The notes under the pieces: model-generated
Database searches by the model: none
Seen by the model: only the letters and a program-made list of their open reading frames with translations
Told to the model about the DNA's origin: nothing
Shown here: in pieces, positions 1 to 12,350 of the stretch
Layout of the letters: every line of letters begins with the position of its first letter
Numbering within the stretch: the stretch's first letter is position 1
Made by a program: the position numbers and the translations under genes
DNA from: Flectonema sp. DT1601
Lineage: Eukaryota
Direction: 5' to 3'
DNA: 64,000 nt
NCBI GenBank assembly: GCA_964019425.1
Contig: OZ025784.1
Coordinates: 434,001-498,000, forward strand

Positions 1-2216
1 CTACCTCCTCGTACAGCAACGCGGGGTGGAGATCCAGGGATGCCTTCCACAACTACTGTGGTGATCGAATTAATTGGGGGGACTATAATTGGAGATCCGA
101 CTCTATCGTCTGGAAGTAGTTCCTGAAAGTGACCAGATGACGGTGTGACTAAAGGCTCTACAACTACTTCACCTCCACCAGGACCACTCGGTGGTTGAGG
201 AATAGCATTTGGAACGCTAGTCGGTATCATTACTGGTGTTGTTCCAGGTGTTTGAGCTGCAGCTTTTACTTCAGAAGGTGGATGTGAAACAGTTTGATGT
301 ACCTCTTCAATGATGACACTATCAACTCCAGGAGTTGGTTGTATTGGTGAATCTTGAACTATACTTTCTGCCTTCCTGTTATCAGGTATTTGCATATCGA
401 TACTACTTTGATCAATCACAGGTTCTACTTCTACAGGAACTCCTACCTGATCAACTACAGCGGGAATATCCTCAACAGGGACGTCCATTACTAAATTAGC
501 TTCAGTTGCTGGTGTAGCTTCGCGGCTTGCAGCAGGAGTACCACCCTTCTTCTTATCAACGTTGATATTAATATTTATTAAAAGAGGCTTTCCTGCAGAT
601 GCCTGAGGTCTCTTCCAGTGGCTCTTACTCGTTGCAATGTTGTAGAAGTAAGGTCTTCCTTCAGGTGTGTGATAGCATTTCCATCCTTCAGGTAGTTTGT
701 CCAGATTGTTATTTGGATCGATGACTGCATTTGATGGCTGTCGATGAGGTTGTTGATGAGGTGACTTAGCAGAAGGCAGAGATGGGGTTTTATTAACTGG
801 ACTTATCGGAGGTGGGAATCCATTAGGATCAGCGAGGTTACCTTGAACAATACTATAATTAGTTGACACTCCTGACACTCGACGTTCAGCAAGGTACGGA
901 TCAGAGTTGAGTGGAGTAGTTCGAGGGGCACCACCTGATGATGCAGAAACTCCGTAGTTTCCTAAATTCCAATCTTGTTGATCTAAATCTATCGCTTGAG
1001 ATTCAACATCGATCGTATTTATATAACATCCTTTGGTATCACTTCCATTTGAAGGTGTTTGTTTTGGTCCATCAGACTGCGCGGATTGAAATCTCTGTGG
1101 AGGTGGTCCTCCTGCACTTACCTGCTGCTGAACTGGTGCTGCCGGTAATCCGGATTCCGCAGCCTGAAGTAATCCTCCCTGAAGCTGTTCAACTGGTGTT
1201 TCAAAAACATCGTCGTCAACACTTCTTACGTTATTTCTTAACATTAATTCTAAGTCTTCATTATGTTGAAGTACTTCTTGTTGTCTGATTGATAAATCTT
1301 TTACTATCCTCATTATGTCACTACTCAATGTTGGCCAATCAACATCATCGCCAATCGGATGAGAACTTGAAAATGGAGGAGGAGGAATAGTAGTAGAAGT
1401 AGACGTCCTATTAGTGACGTCATGTCCATTTGATTGAGCAGCAATACTTTGAAGAACGAGTGCATGAAGATCAGTCGGTTGTTGAATAGGAGGAAGTTGT
1501 TTTGATAAAGGAATATCCCAGGCATCGATTCCTTTCCCTTCTGCTGATCTAACTGTCGCAGCAGCCAGTTCTGCGAAGTGAATTGGAACTCCAAGCGGCT
1601 GAGCACTCGGTGTTACTGCAAGTGATTGCCCAATTCCTCGACTACTACGGCTACTCTTTCTTGATAGTGATGGTTGCTGTTGTTGCTGACCTCTAAGAAC
1701 TGCAATAATATGATTCACTAACTCTGACTCTGACAATACTTTTTTCCCAGACTGTGAAGGTTGTGACTGCGTAAGATGAATAGCCTGATTTGGGAGAACA
1801 CTATCAGGCCGCGCCATACTTTCTGTACACATTGGAGCAGCAACAACATCGTAGTGTGACAAAGTATTCATCGGTGGCGGTGGTGGAGGCGGTGACGGAA
1901 TAGGGCTCCAGTTTTTCCGCTTCTCAGAAGGCGAGATGCTCGCTCTGTTAACGGATTTCAACTCTCCGTTTACGCGGGTTAATTCCTGTTGAAGTCTTCC
2001 TACTTCAATTCTCTGACTCTCAATTACGTGATCAGCTAGGATCTGATGAGCGAGAAACTTTGCGTTACCTGGCGAGATCATCTCCTGGGAAATGCCAGAC
2101 TTTTGTAAGATCTGCGCTGCTAAATGTGCCGCCTGCTCTTGAGTCTCCACTGCAAACCCTGGCTGGCCAGGGGCTGGCGCCACCGATGAACGGCAAGAGC
2201 CTCCGTCTGCGGCCAT
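1..2216 (-). CDS. Pro-rich WW-domain protein; 3' end runs off the window
   Basis: ATG at 2216 follows the acceptor ccttaacAG. Manual translation gives MAADGGSCRSSVAPAPGQ..., and in the same frame KLPEGWKCYHTPEGRPYFYNIATSKSHWKRP at ~606-698, a canonical WW domain. Absent from the ORF track, presumably because it has no stop in the window; I did not check every codon. Confidence 0.85.
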   Translation of the reverse strand, partial: MAADGGSCRSSVAPAPGQPGFAVETQEQAAHLAAQILQKSGISQEMISPGNAKFLAHQILADHVIESQRIEVGRLQQELTRVNGELKSVNRASISPSEKRKNWSPIPSPPPPPPPMNTLSHYDVVAAPMCTESMARPDSVLPNQAIHLTQSQPSQSGKKVLSESELVNHIIAVLRGQQQQQPSLSRKSSRSSRGIGQSLAVTPSAQPLGVPIHFAELAAATVRSAEGKGIDAWDIPLSKQLPPIQQPTDLHALVLQSIAAQSNGHDVTNRTSTSTTIPPPPFSSSHPIGDDVDWPTLSSDIMRIVKDLSIRQQEVLQHNEDLELMLRNNVRSVDDDVFETPVEQLQGGLLQAAESGLPAAPVQQQVSAGGPPPQRFQSAQSDGPKQTPSNGSDTKGCYINTIDVESQAIDLDQQDWNLGNYGVSASSGGAPRTTPLNSDPYLAERRVSGVSTNYSIVQGNLADPNGFPPPISPVNKTPSLPSAKSPHQQPHRQPSNAVIDPNNNLDKLPEGWKCYHTPEGRPYFYNIATSKSHWKRPQASAGKPLLINININVDKKKGGTPAASREATPATEANLVMDVPVEDIPAVVDQVGVPVEVEPVIDQSSIDMQIPDNRKAESIVQDSPIQPTPGVDSVIIEEVHQTVSHPPSEVKAAAQTPGTTPVMIPTSVPNAIPQPPSGPGGGEVVVEPLVTPSSGHFQELLPDDRVGSPIIVPPINSITTVVVEGIPGSPPRVAVRGG

Positions 2217-2607
2217 CTTGCCTCTGTTAAGGAGAAGATATTTTATTAAGCTGATGCGATAAAATCAAAATCCTAATCACAACAATATCTTAATTGAGAA
2301 CACCTGTCTGAGTAAAATAACAAACTCATCGAAGCCAAAAGAAATCAGAACTTTCAAATGCCCACAAGTAGGCGATACAACAACATTGAATCAACAAACA
2401 AACATAATAAAATAATAATACAAGGTCAACAAATAGTCCTCAAAGGACAATAATTAAATAGAGGGGAATGTAAAGCACAACTAAGGAGGTGCAAGAAGCT
2501 ATTTTGCCCCTGCGTTTTTTTTTTCTTTTTTCTTCTTTTTTTCATTTTTTTTTTCATTTAAACAACAGTAATAAACAATGAAGTGGTCGAGTAGATAATA
2601 TTTCCGA

Positions 2608-3942
2608 CTAGTTAAGTCTCAACAACCTTGTAGGTGGGGAGATGATAGTCGGGGACCCTGCGAGGGCAGCAGCATGTACGGCGGTAGTTACAGCAGCTGT
2701 CTCGTTAGCGCGAGCAACTTGGTGCTCTGAGTGGGCTGCCTGAGCTCTGGTTGTTGTAAACGCGTAGTTTGCAGACTCAGCGTTAACTACTTCAGCCGCA
2801 GCAGTCTTTACAACACCAGCCTGAGCTTCTACAGCTTTTGCGCGGCTCAGATCAACCTCCGCTCTCGACGCGTCAACATGGGCAGTGGTAGCAAACTGTC
2901 TGCTGTGGTCAAGGTGAACTCTTGCATGAAGCTCGTGTTGCTGAGATGCTGCGAACTCTGCTCTGGCTGAGGCATTTCTTACCTTTGAGGCACCTAAACC
3001 TGCGGCAGTCTGAGCACCAACCTGTCCTGACATAGCGAGTGCCGCCTGAGCATCAGCTGCTGAAGCCTGCTGAAGACGTTGTACGTTAAGTGCGCTGTTT
3101 GCCTGAGCGTTGGCAATCGCCTGACCAGCAGCACAATTTCTGGCAGCCGTGATGGCGGCGTTTACATTTGCGCGGGCAGCAGCGGCCATGGCGTTGGCTT
3201 CCTCAGTTTCACGGTTGGCAGTAAGAAGAGCCATCTGAGCGGCTTTTTCTCTCTGAATCGCGTCGCGTGCGAATGCAGAAGCAGCTGCTGATTCGTTTGC
3301 AACGATTGCTCGTCTGTTCTCAGAGGTAGCAGCTAATTGTTCAACTTCAGCTAGTCTAGCCTTGGCAGCGATGACGGCGGCGTTGGCATCATCAGTGGCG
3401 GTAGTTGCAACAACTTCTTGATTGCTGGCGTGAGCTGCATGAGATCCAGCGATGACGGCTCTCGTGTGCTCATTCGATGCGATGGCGTACTTGTTTGCGA
3501 TTTCAGTTTCCTGAACATGATGACGAATCGTGTTCACGGTAACTTCTCTATCAGTTGAAGCAGCTCTGATGGCTGCCGCATTTGCTCCGTGTACAGCATC
3601 CGTGTGAACAGCAGCAGCGTGAACATTAGCGGTGTTGGCATTGGCGAGGTTTGCATGGCGCATGGCAGTTTCTGTGTTGAGTGCTGAAGACCTCACTACT
3701 GATGCAGCGTGAGCTGCTCCAGCAACATGGTCATTGTTAATAGCTGCTGCGGTTCTCATTCCTGTAATCGCAACTGCGTTATCAGCTGTACGAGCTCCCT
3801 GCTCAGCAGCCATACATTGTCCTCTTGCAACTTGTGCGTGGTTAGCCAACACACTCGCTGCTGCTGCTCCTGGGTGTGAAACAACCGGAGCGACAACTGG
3901 CCTTCCAGCCAAATCAGTGGTAGCAACAACTGGTAGAGACAT
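2608..3942 (-). CDS. Ala/His-rich low-complexity helical protein, 444 aa, function unknown
   Basis: Long GC-richer ORF in AT-rich flanks; acceptor atattacAG ~40 nt upstream of ATG; no recognisable domain. Confidence 0.8.
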   Translation of the reverse strand: MSLPVVATTDLAGRPVVAPVVSHPGAAAASVLANHAQVARGQCMAAEQGARTADNAVAITGMRTAAAINNDHVAGAAHAASVVRSSALNTETAMRHANLANANTANVHAAAVHTDAVHGANAAAIRAASTDREVTVNTIRHHVQETEIANKYAIASNEHTRAVIAGSHAAHASNQEVVATTATDDANAAVIAAKARLAEVEQLAATSENRRAIVANESAAASAFARDAIQREKAAQMALLTANRETEEANAMAAAARANVNAAITAARNCAAGQAIANAQANSALNVQRLQQASAADAQAALAMSGQVGAQTAAGLGASKVRNASARAEFAASQQHELHARVHLDHSRQFATTAHVDASRAEVDLSRAKAVEAQAGVVKTAAAEVVNAESANYAFTTTRAQAAHSEHQVARANETAAVTTAVHAAALAGSPTIISPPTRLLRLN

Positions 3943-4931
3943 TTGTTTAATTAATAAGGTTTGATGAGGTTCGATAATTACCTGTAATATTATAATAAAT
4001 AACTACTTCTAAACAATTAACAACGACATCCTAAACAATCCTCTCTCCTGTCTAAGCATAACCACTTGCATCTAATGAGGAGGAAATAAAAAGATAATAA
4101 AAATTGATTGACAATTTTAAAGATGACATTCTCATTCAACCGATTGAGCTTTTATCAAAAGAATTTTTTAAAAAAAAAAGAAAAAAATGAAGAAGGGATT
4201 GGTATCAATAAAAGGGGGATGAACATATTAACCAAAAAAATCTTTACTTACTTCACAAAGTGTTCTAACCTGACGTATAACCACCAATTCATTGATCGCA
4301 GATATTCATTTTTTAACTAAAAAATTATTGTTTTGTTAGAAAAGCTTGAAATCGATGGCTGGGCAATTAACTAACCTACACAACACGCACACACTAAGAA
4401 CTTTCAGCAAGAAAGTATCGCAGAATACCACTACCAAACACAAACAGAGAGAACGCTTCTGCGACTGTTACTCCCAGCCGCTACAGATTTATATAAAGCA
4501 AAGAATCTCATGTATGAGAATCTTTGCTTTGCTTGCTCACTGATGATAAGACGAAACTAATGGTTTCTGTTCTTTTTTCTGTTCTTTTTTTTTTGTTTGT
4601 TTGTGCACGAAAACCATAAACTGTGAAAAGCTAAAGAGGAATACCTGTTGAAAAACATCCTTTTTTTTTTTTTTTTTTTTCTCTTTACAAATTCCACGTT
4701 GAACTTGACCATGAAAAAAATATAACAAAAAAGGTGCACAACTATGGATTTTTCTTTTTTTGAGGAAAAAAAAGAAAAAAAAAAAAAAAAAAAAAAGGAG
4801 GAGGAGTATGTGTGTAAGTAAGGGGAAGACATGACTTTGAAAGAAATGACCAAAAAACAGGCTTACTGTTTGAGTAAGTAAGCTACTAGTAGCAAGTCAG
4901 ATGGAAGGGTAAAATCGAATAAAATACCCAA

Positions 4932-4966
<35 letters not shown>

Positions 4967-6183
4967 TACCGGCCTAAAATTACACCGAACCTGTGCTACT
5001 GGGATTGGGTCACGGTCACCACGAATTTTTGTGGGTTTCGACCAGGTATTACCCATACAGCCATAAAGGTTCAGAGTGTAACCACCTAAAATACTACAGA
5101 CGTCACAAGCGACAGACAGGGGCAAGAGAAATCCAACATCATGAATCTATAAAATAGTGATACAGCTCGGTATGTGCACTGGCTCACCTAACGAAAAAGG
5201 AATTGATTTATTTGCAAGCGTGTAAACCACAGCCATTTTTTTTTTTTTTCCCCTTCTTTTTTTTTTTAAAAAGCAGGCTAAGGAGTAACAAAATAATAAC
5301 GAGGAAGGAATCTGACAAAGAATGGCGCACGTACAAACAACGAATATGTTAATAATTACGGGCAGAGAACAAGAGGGGGAATAACTTAATGAAAACATGC
5401 ATAAGTATCAAATCAACAAACAGAGTCACAACTACTCATTTTCAGTGACCAGTAATATTAATAAAAAACTAACCAACTGAAAATAAAACTAGTTATAAAG
5501 TGATAAATATCATTAACCAAATACGCACAATAAAAAAAAAAAAAAAAAAGAGGAAGAGTGATATAACTAAATCTAACAGAAGCCAACAATCATGCAGAAA
5601 TATTCTATTCCTCGTATCTGGGAAAGAAAAGTTTCCAGGAATCAGTGTATGCTTCTAACTCAACCTTCACTCAAATCACAGAAACAAACGCATCGAACCT
5701 AGGAAACGTAACATTAAAAAAATTAAAAAAAAATTTTGAAAAGTGTAATCAGAATAAGAAAAAGACAATATGAGAATTTAACAAAATAATAATTCTTTTT
5801 TTTGTTTATTTTTTTTTTTTTTTTTGTGTGCGCGCTCGCCAGCAGGAACAAAAAAAAAAAAAAAAAAAAAAAAAGAGGGAAAAAAAAAAAAAAAAAAAAC
5901 CGTGATTGCTATACTCGTTATTAGAAACATTAATAATACAAAAACGAATAAAAAAAAAAATATTTATTATTATTATCGATAATTCAGGTAAACAGACATC
6001 AACCCATCGGAGTAACCAAAACAGAGACATGTATGCAGGAAAAAAAAAAGACAAAGCAACTTCCGTTACAATAAAGTTAAAAGAAATATATGGCTGGATG
6101 AGGAGGAGAGGAACGCGATATAACGGCAGAAACGGGCTGGGCCAAGGGAACAAAAAAAAAAAAAAAAAAAATGAAAAAAAAAA

Positions 6184-9100
6184 CTAACTAATAAGAAATG
6201 GTTCTAATCTCAAAGCTTCTACACTAACACGGTCATTGGGATCAAGACGAAGACAGTTCCTGATCATCGCAACTACATCAGCAGGTTGCTTCTCAGGAAC
6301 AACAGGAATAACAGACTCATGTTGAATACTTAAATTGTACATAAATCTGTGAGCCGAATATGATCCAGTTGCTGGTAGCGGATACGTCACGTCAGACTCA
6401 AATAGAGAAATGATAATAATACCAACTGCCCAGATATCACTCGCTTTACAAATCTCACCTCTTGCTGCTTCGGGAGGCATGTATTTCGGTGTTCCCATAG
6501 TACCAGTTCCTGATTCTGCCATTTTATTTAACTTTGCTGCGGCTCCAAAGTCTGCTAGCTTACATCTGCCGTCAACCATCATCATGACATTGTGAGGTTT
6601 CATGTCTCTATGAACTATATTCATTGAGTGTAAGAATGTCAATCCTTCTACAATATCAATTATATATCTTCGAATCGAAGCGTGGGGTAGTTGCCTATAG
6701 GGTGAATATGTTTATGTTTGTTTATTACCAATTATCTATATAAAAAAAATTACAATAATTTCATACCCAGGACCGAATTCCGATATGACGGTCTGCAAGG
6801 AACCTCCAGGAAGGTATTCCATAACAATCTGTGTTTGTTGTTATATAGAGGATTTATTATTTTATTTTCATAAATAATAAACAAAAAAAAAAAAAAAGAG
6901 AAATAGACGTACCATCACAAAGTTATCGACAACAGCGCTCGAAAGGTAGGTAACTATATTGTCGTGGTGTAATTCATTCATAAGCGATGCTTCTCTTATT
7001 AAGTCGTCGAGTTGCTTTCTGTGACTAATTTGACTTCGTTTTCCTCTCGGAGTTTGTTGAATTTTAAGACCCGGAAGTTGAATAGCCTTTATAGCAACCA
7101 ACCCTCCCACGGCATCCATTCCAAGCCAAACTTCACCGAAAGCTCCTCGACCAAGGTTCTTATTCGATCGTTGCCACATAGTACTTTTTGAGTCTATAAA
7201 GATCGTTGATGGTTCTCTCCTGTGGGATGTCGGACTTGCACCAGAGCTTGGAAGGCTAGCCGGAGGCATGACACCCCAAGCCGTTAGTTGGTCTGTGTTT
7301 GCTGCTATTTCTGCGTCTTTTATCGCGCCTCTCAGTGCTTTCATTTCGTAAGTTCCATCAGCGATTGCTCTTAGCTGTGCAGAACCAGAAGAATCTCCAG
7401 TAAATATCTGCTGCTCTTCTTTTAGACTGTGAACCGATCGTCTTGCTGACCGCTCAGTTTCTGTCAAATCGCCCTCGACTAATTCCCACTGTATAAATCG
7501 TCTTGGTATTGGGTGAGTAGTTCCTTGTTCTTGTAGATGTTTTGCATACTGCAGTAATCGTATTGCTTGTCTATCAAATCCCTTGTCAACTAACTGCGTA
7601 AAGTGTTCTATCGCTCGAGAGTATTTACCCTGTCGGAGGAGACTAAAACCTTTTGTGAATTGAGTGTTTCCTTCAGTGATTTTAGCTCCAAATGCACTTT
7701 TTAAACCCAACAACTCAAATACTGGTTCTGGTTTACCCACAGAAGCTGCAGAGAAATAGACAAGTTCAATTGGTCTGGTTAGGTATTGATGCTTGATAAC
7801 ATCTTGTACTTTGTCTGATAACATTATACGAGCGTCTAATCGATGGCTTAAATGACAAAGTGAAACCGCCTGTTGAATACAATTTGAAGAACTCACAGAG
7901 CTAACACCGTTGACGTATCCCTGTGAGAATAAACCTGAGCTTAGAGCAATTGCCCATGATGCTCCAGCAGCTTCATACTTCCTTCTGTGTGACAGTAATG
8001 AAGAATGGATTTGAACAGCGCAATGTCCACCCTGTTGAATATAATTAGGACACGGCTGTGCTCCATTAAACGTTGCAATCACTGTGAGATCATTACACGA
8101 TTGAACTGAACCTTTTCTGTTTACGATTCTGTCGCAGACAAGAGCGAAGAAAGATCCCGCGAACTGTGCGATATCTGAATGAGGTCGAGGAGAGCTCTGC
8201 ATGACTTCAACAGCAAGACAGAGGATCGGTTTTGCAGCTCCAAAAATGAAATTTTGAGGACCAGAATGTGGTGATGATGGAGGCGTATATCCCGCACTCG
8301 ACAAGTCTGAGACTGTCGCACTACTGGAGGCCGACTGACAGTCTTTGTCTGGTTTACTCTGACGTTGAGCTGTATTATATCCACTAATGATTCTACTATA
8401 AAGTGGATACAGAGTACTTGATACTCGAAGTTGCCTCGGACTTAACTGCAATCCAGCTAAGTCCTGACTCTCCTTCTGATGATTTGAGAAATGTTCAACT
8501 GTGTCAGCAAGCTGTCCAAGTTTCATAGCATTAAACTTCAAGGCATGCGATACCAACAGTGGGATTCCTACTAATATTATGGTACGGGTGACGCCTGCTT
8601 GGATGCTGTAGTTCAAATCCCCAATTTCAGAATTTATTTGATGAAAACTCAGAGTTTTTGAAACCGTCAAACATGATCGTAAAACCACCCAAACAACACA
8701 AACCGTCACCAATATCGGAAGCATGGCTGCCGAATGAGGACTAATGACTTGACACATTATCGTTGGAAATAATAAAAGTGTCCATAATTCATGTTCACAA
8801 TGATTGATTGCATCAACGGAAATAATTGATACGGTCAGAAGTACAATCATAACTCTCCACGGAGGATGATGTTGAGTCCTTACCCAAACCATGAACACCC
8901 CAAACCATGATATGGATAACACACCTGCTGGTATCAAGTTGTAGTAAAGACCAAGTATGGAAGTCCATGTCGCGAACAAAATCGATATGACGCTGACTAA
9001 AACCATCGGTATAGTCATCGGTAAATGTTCTGACGGGTCATCAACCAACTCAAGACAATCTTGTAATGTCACGACGTGACTAACAATGTCAGAACGAGAA

Positions 9101-10017
9101 GCTGATCTTGATCCAAGTCGTGGTCTCGTTCTAATGTTTGTCCCTTCTGCTTCACTTAACATTTCCCATTCTTTTAAAAGAGATTCGTTAGTACAATAGT
9201 TTCCTGAGATGTAACTGTTGTTGGTTGAGTTGACTTCACTACATGAGATGTCCCTGAGATCGATTATAATAATTGACTGTGATGGGATCACACCTGATCT
9301 TCTTGGTGTTGAGTCAACAACTTGAACTTTTATCTCACGGCAGATATCACTAACAGGAACAGAATCAATCCTTGACGATACGAACATTGCTAAGGCGTCG
9401 AGAGGAATAATATCAAACACTTCAGAAGACGCAGCAATCACGAACTGATCACATCTCTCAACTCTCAAAACTGATACTTCCGGAATCGCAATAATAGGAC
9501 TTTGTCCTGGTAGTTCAACATTCTTAAATTGACTAAAACCAAAACATCTCGAAACAGGAACAGCTTCAGTTAGTCCAGCAACAGTAACACCAGTAGGTAC
9601 AATTAGACCTCCCTGACTTATTATTCTTCTTCTTTCTGTCTCTTGGCTTGGATAATGAAGTTTTGTTAAATTCATTGGACGGTTATGCCTCATTAAAAAA
9701 GCTCCACAGCATCCGATATTCGCACTTATCACAAATCGATTTGTTACGACTAAGACAGTAGCAGAACATCCTCCAGAATATTCGATCATCGCTTCGTCGA
9801 TTTCAGCAAAGATAGCTCGTAGGTCTGTTGCTATTTGTGAAGGGTCGTCGGTAACTCTTAGGTTTTGTAAGTATTTGCCTACTGATTCTGAAACTTTTGC
9901 TCCTACAACTCCACCGTGGCTGTCCACTACTCCGCCGTACCATCCCCCAGCTTCTTCCAAAATTCCATTAAATGAGGTTCCATTTCCTTCAGATGCAACT
10001 CTTGCCGATGAATCCAT
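6184..10017 (-). CDS. Multi-domain membrane STE/MAP3K-type kinase: degenerate PP2C domain, TM helices, degenerate class III cyclase-like domain, Ser/Thr kinase. Exons 10017-6913, 6828-6767, 6694-6184
   Basis: GT-AG introns 6829-6912 and 6695-6766 join the 1049-aa and 152-aa ORFs in frame (...NFVM/IVMEYLPGGSLQTVISEFGPG/QLPHASIRRY...). Kinase motifs GRGAFG, AIK, HRDMKPHN, DFG, GTPKYMPPE. PP2C-like GVVDSHGG, ANIG, VSRCFG. Confidence 0.9.
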
Positions 10018-10407
10018 CTCAAGTTTGCATTTGAAAATTTAATTTATTTGTGTTTTGAGAGCGTGGTGTATATTTGTGTTTTATATTTTTAACAAGTGAC
10101 CAGGCTTGTTTTTTTTTTTTGTTCTCTTTGAGAGGATAAGATAAATAATAATAATAAAAACACTACTCAGAACTCACTAGTTTAGCATCCATCTCGTTGT
10201 ATGTGAACTGACATTTTATATAAATTATTTAACTAAACAGAAGTTGAGTCTCTTATCACGTCAAAACAATAATTCTACCTTTCATCGAAAGCTTTGTCTT
10301 TATTTTTTTTTTAAATAAAATTAATGGGAATCCTCTCTTTTTCGAAAAAGAAAAAGAGGAAGGGGGAAAATGAAAAAATAATTCTATGAATGAGGGTACC
10401 AAGGGGG

Positions 10408-10440
<33 letters not shown>

Positions 10441-10487
10441 GTTTCACGAAAAAATTACATAAATTCAAAGTCGGAATACTAAGTTAT

Positions 10488-12350
10488 TTAAAAAGATCGA
10501 ATATTCCTTCCTTGTGGAGCGTTAGGAGGGATACTTCCTGGAACGGGAATCTTATCTCTGAGATATTCAAGTAGATTAGGTGTTCCCTTTTCAAGAACTG
10601 CACGTCTGATTGTCTTAAGAGGGTTTCCAGTCAACAGTAATGAACGTAATGAATCCATACAACCAATCTCTGGAGGAACATGTTGCAGTTCATTGTTCGA
10701 TAAATCTAAAGTATTTATATTAGATAATGGAGCTAATAATTCCAAAGGAAGATGACTGATTTTATTACCAGACAATACCAAAGTGTTCATCCCAGATGGA
10801 ACACACGGAAACTGCTGAATACAACAATCACCTGCAATGAGAGTATGTAAACTTATCCATTTAGACATGTTGGGTAACACTGTAAGCTGATTAGCACTCA
10901 CATCTAAATATTGGATTTGATTAAAATCAGGAATCGATTGAAGACGATTCCTCTTCAGAGTTAGAGATCTCAACAACGGGAGCATCACTGGAGCGATTGC
11001 TATCTCACATATTTGATTGTTGGAAAAATCAACAGAAGTCAAACTCGTCAATCCCGACAACTCATTCGGAAGTTGAGTAAAATTTTGACTACAACACTTT
11101 ATTGACACTATCGAAGTTGTTGACGCGAATATTTCTGTTGGTAAAGAAGACAATCCTCCTCCCTTTCGTAATGACATTCTATCTGTCGGGTCTGGAGACA
11201 AATCAATATTCCCACTAACATCAGCACAACGAGCAATTGTAGATAATTGAGTTCCCTGTTGAGGATCAGTATTATCGACTTGTCTCCCTCTTAAGTATTT
11301 CATTATAGCTGCGGTACCCGCAGTCAGAACCGATCTGCTTATGCTTTTCAAAGGATTTCCTTCTAAGCTTAAAACCTTAAGCTCCGATAGATGTCCCAAT
11401 CCAGGATCTAAGTGACTCACGTTATTATTTGCAACATTTAAATGACATAATTTTGGTGTTGTCTCAGCGCTGACAAAATCAATACAAACTAATTTATTAT
11501 CCCGCAAGTCAAGAGTTGCCAACTCCGGTACATCTCCGAATCTAATCGCTGTGATGTTATTAAACGAAAGAGTAATATCCGTCGCGAATGGAGCGTTTAT
11601 CCTCTCGGGAAGTGACGATAGTTTATTTTGTCTAAAATCAATTCTTGTAAGAAACTTACTTTGAGGTAACTCCGGAAGCTTAGAAATACAATTAACGCTG
11701 ACTATGAGATTTACTAATGAATTCAGCTGACAGAGAGAATCTGGTATTTCAGAAATCTTATTGTTTGAGACGTCCAACAGCTGAAGAGATCGACATCCAC
11801 CAATAGACTGTGGGAGAGATGTAAGAGAACACTTTGATAATTTTAATGTGGATAAATGATCAAGGTTTCCTAATGACTCTGGTAAACCTTTGAGTGGATT
11901 TCCAGATAAGTCTAACTCAACCAGATTCATCGCAGATCCAATTTCCAAAGGTATTTCAGTCAGGTTATTATCACAAGCAATAAATCTACTCAACAACTGA
12001 AACGAAAACACATCAGATGGTAACACAGAAAGTTTATTTTGCATTAAATTCAACTGATGAATCCCTCCTAACATCGGGTACGTCGACATCCCTTTTGGTA
12101 GTTCTGTTAATTCGTTGTTTGAAAGATCTAATTTCGTCAATTCAACTTCCTCCCACCAAGTTTTGTTATCGTAGTCTAACGAATCGAGAGACTTAAATTC
12201 CGATGGGAGTTCTCGTAATCCTCTTCCAGCTAGAGTGAGTTCACCACTCTGAAGACTCTTTACCATGCATTCCTTCATGTTCAGAGCTCCTCCTCTTTGT
12301 CGTAGTCCTCCCTGACCACCTCCAAAATTAGGATTCATTCGGCGTTGCAT
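10488..12350 (-). CDS. LRRC40: Leucine-rich repeat protein, LRRC40-like
   Basis: Many LxxLxLxxN repeats in two blocks, each capped by GNPLKxIxR. N-terminal SGELTLAGRGL...WWEEVELTKL matches the LRRC40 pattern as I recall it. Confidence 0.85.
   Translation of the reverse strand: MQRRMNPNFGGGQGGLRQRGGALNMKECMVKSLQSGELTLAGRGLRELPSEFKSLDSLDYDNKTWWEEVELTKLDLSNNELTELPKGMSTYPMLGGIHQLNLMQNKLSVLPSDVFSFQLLSRFIACDNNLTEIPLEIGSAMNLVELDLSGNPLKGLPESLGNLDHLSTLKLSKCSLTSLPQSIGGCRSLQLLDVSNNKISEIPDSLCQLNSLVNLIVSVNCISKLPELPQSKFLTRIDFRQNKLSSLPERINAPFATDITLSFNNITAIRFGDVPELATLDLRDNKLVCIDFVSAETTPKLCHLNVANNNVSHLDPGLGHLSELKVLSLEGNPLKSISRSVLTAGTAAIMKYLRGRQVDNTDPQQGTQLSTIARCADVSGNIDLSPDPTDRMSLRKGGGLSSLPTEIFASTTSIVSIKCCSQNFTQLPNELSGLTSLTSVDFSNNQICEIAIAPVMLPLLRSLTLKRNRLQSIPDFNQIQYLDVSANQLTVLPNMSKWISLHTLIAGDCCIQQFPCVPSGMNTLVLSGNKISHLPLELLAPLSNINTLDLSNNELQHVPPEIGCMDSLRSLLLTGNPLKTIRRAVLEKGTPNLLEYLRDKIPVPGSIPPNAPQGRNIRSF

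Noticed and set aside
938..1288. Plus-strand ORFs overlapping minus-strand genes (also 29339-29770, 56419-56949)
   Set aside because: Antisense shadows of well-supported genes with no motifs of their own.
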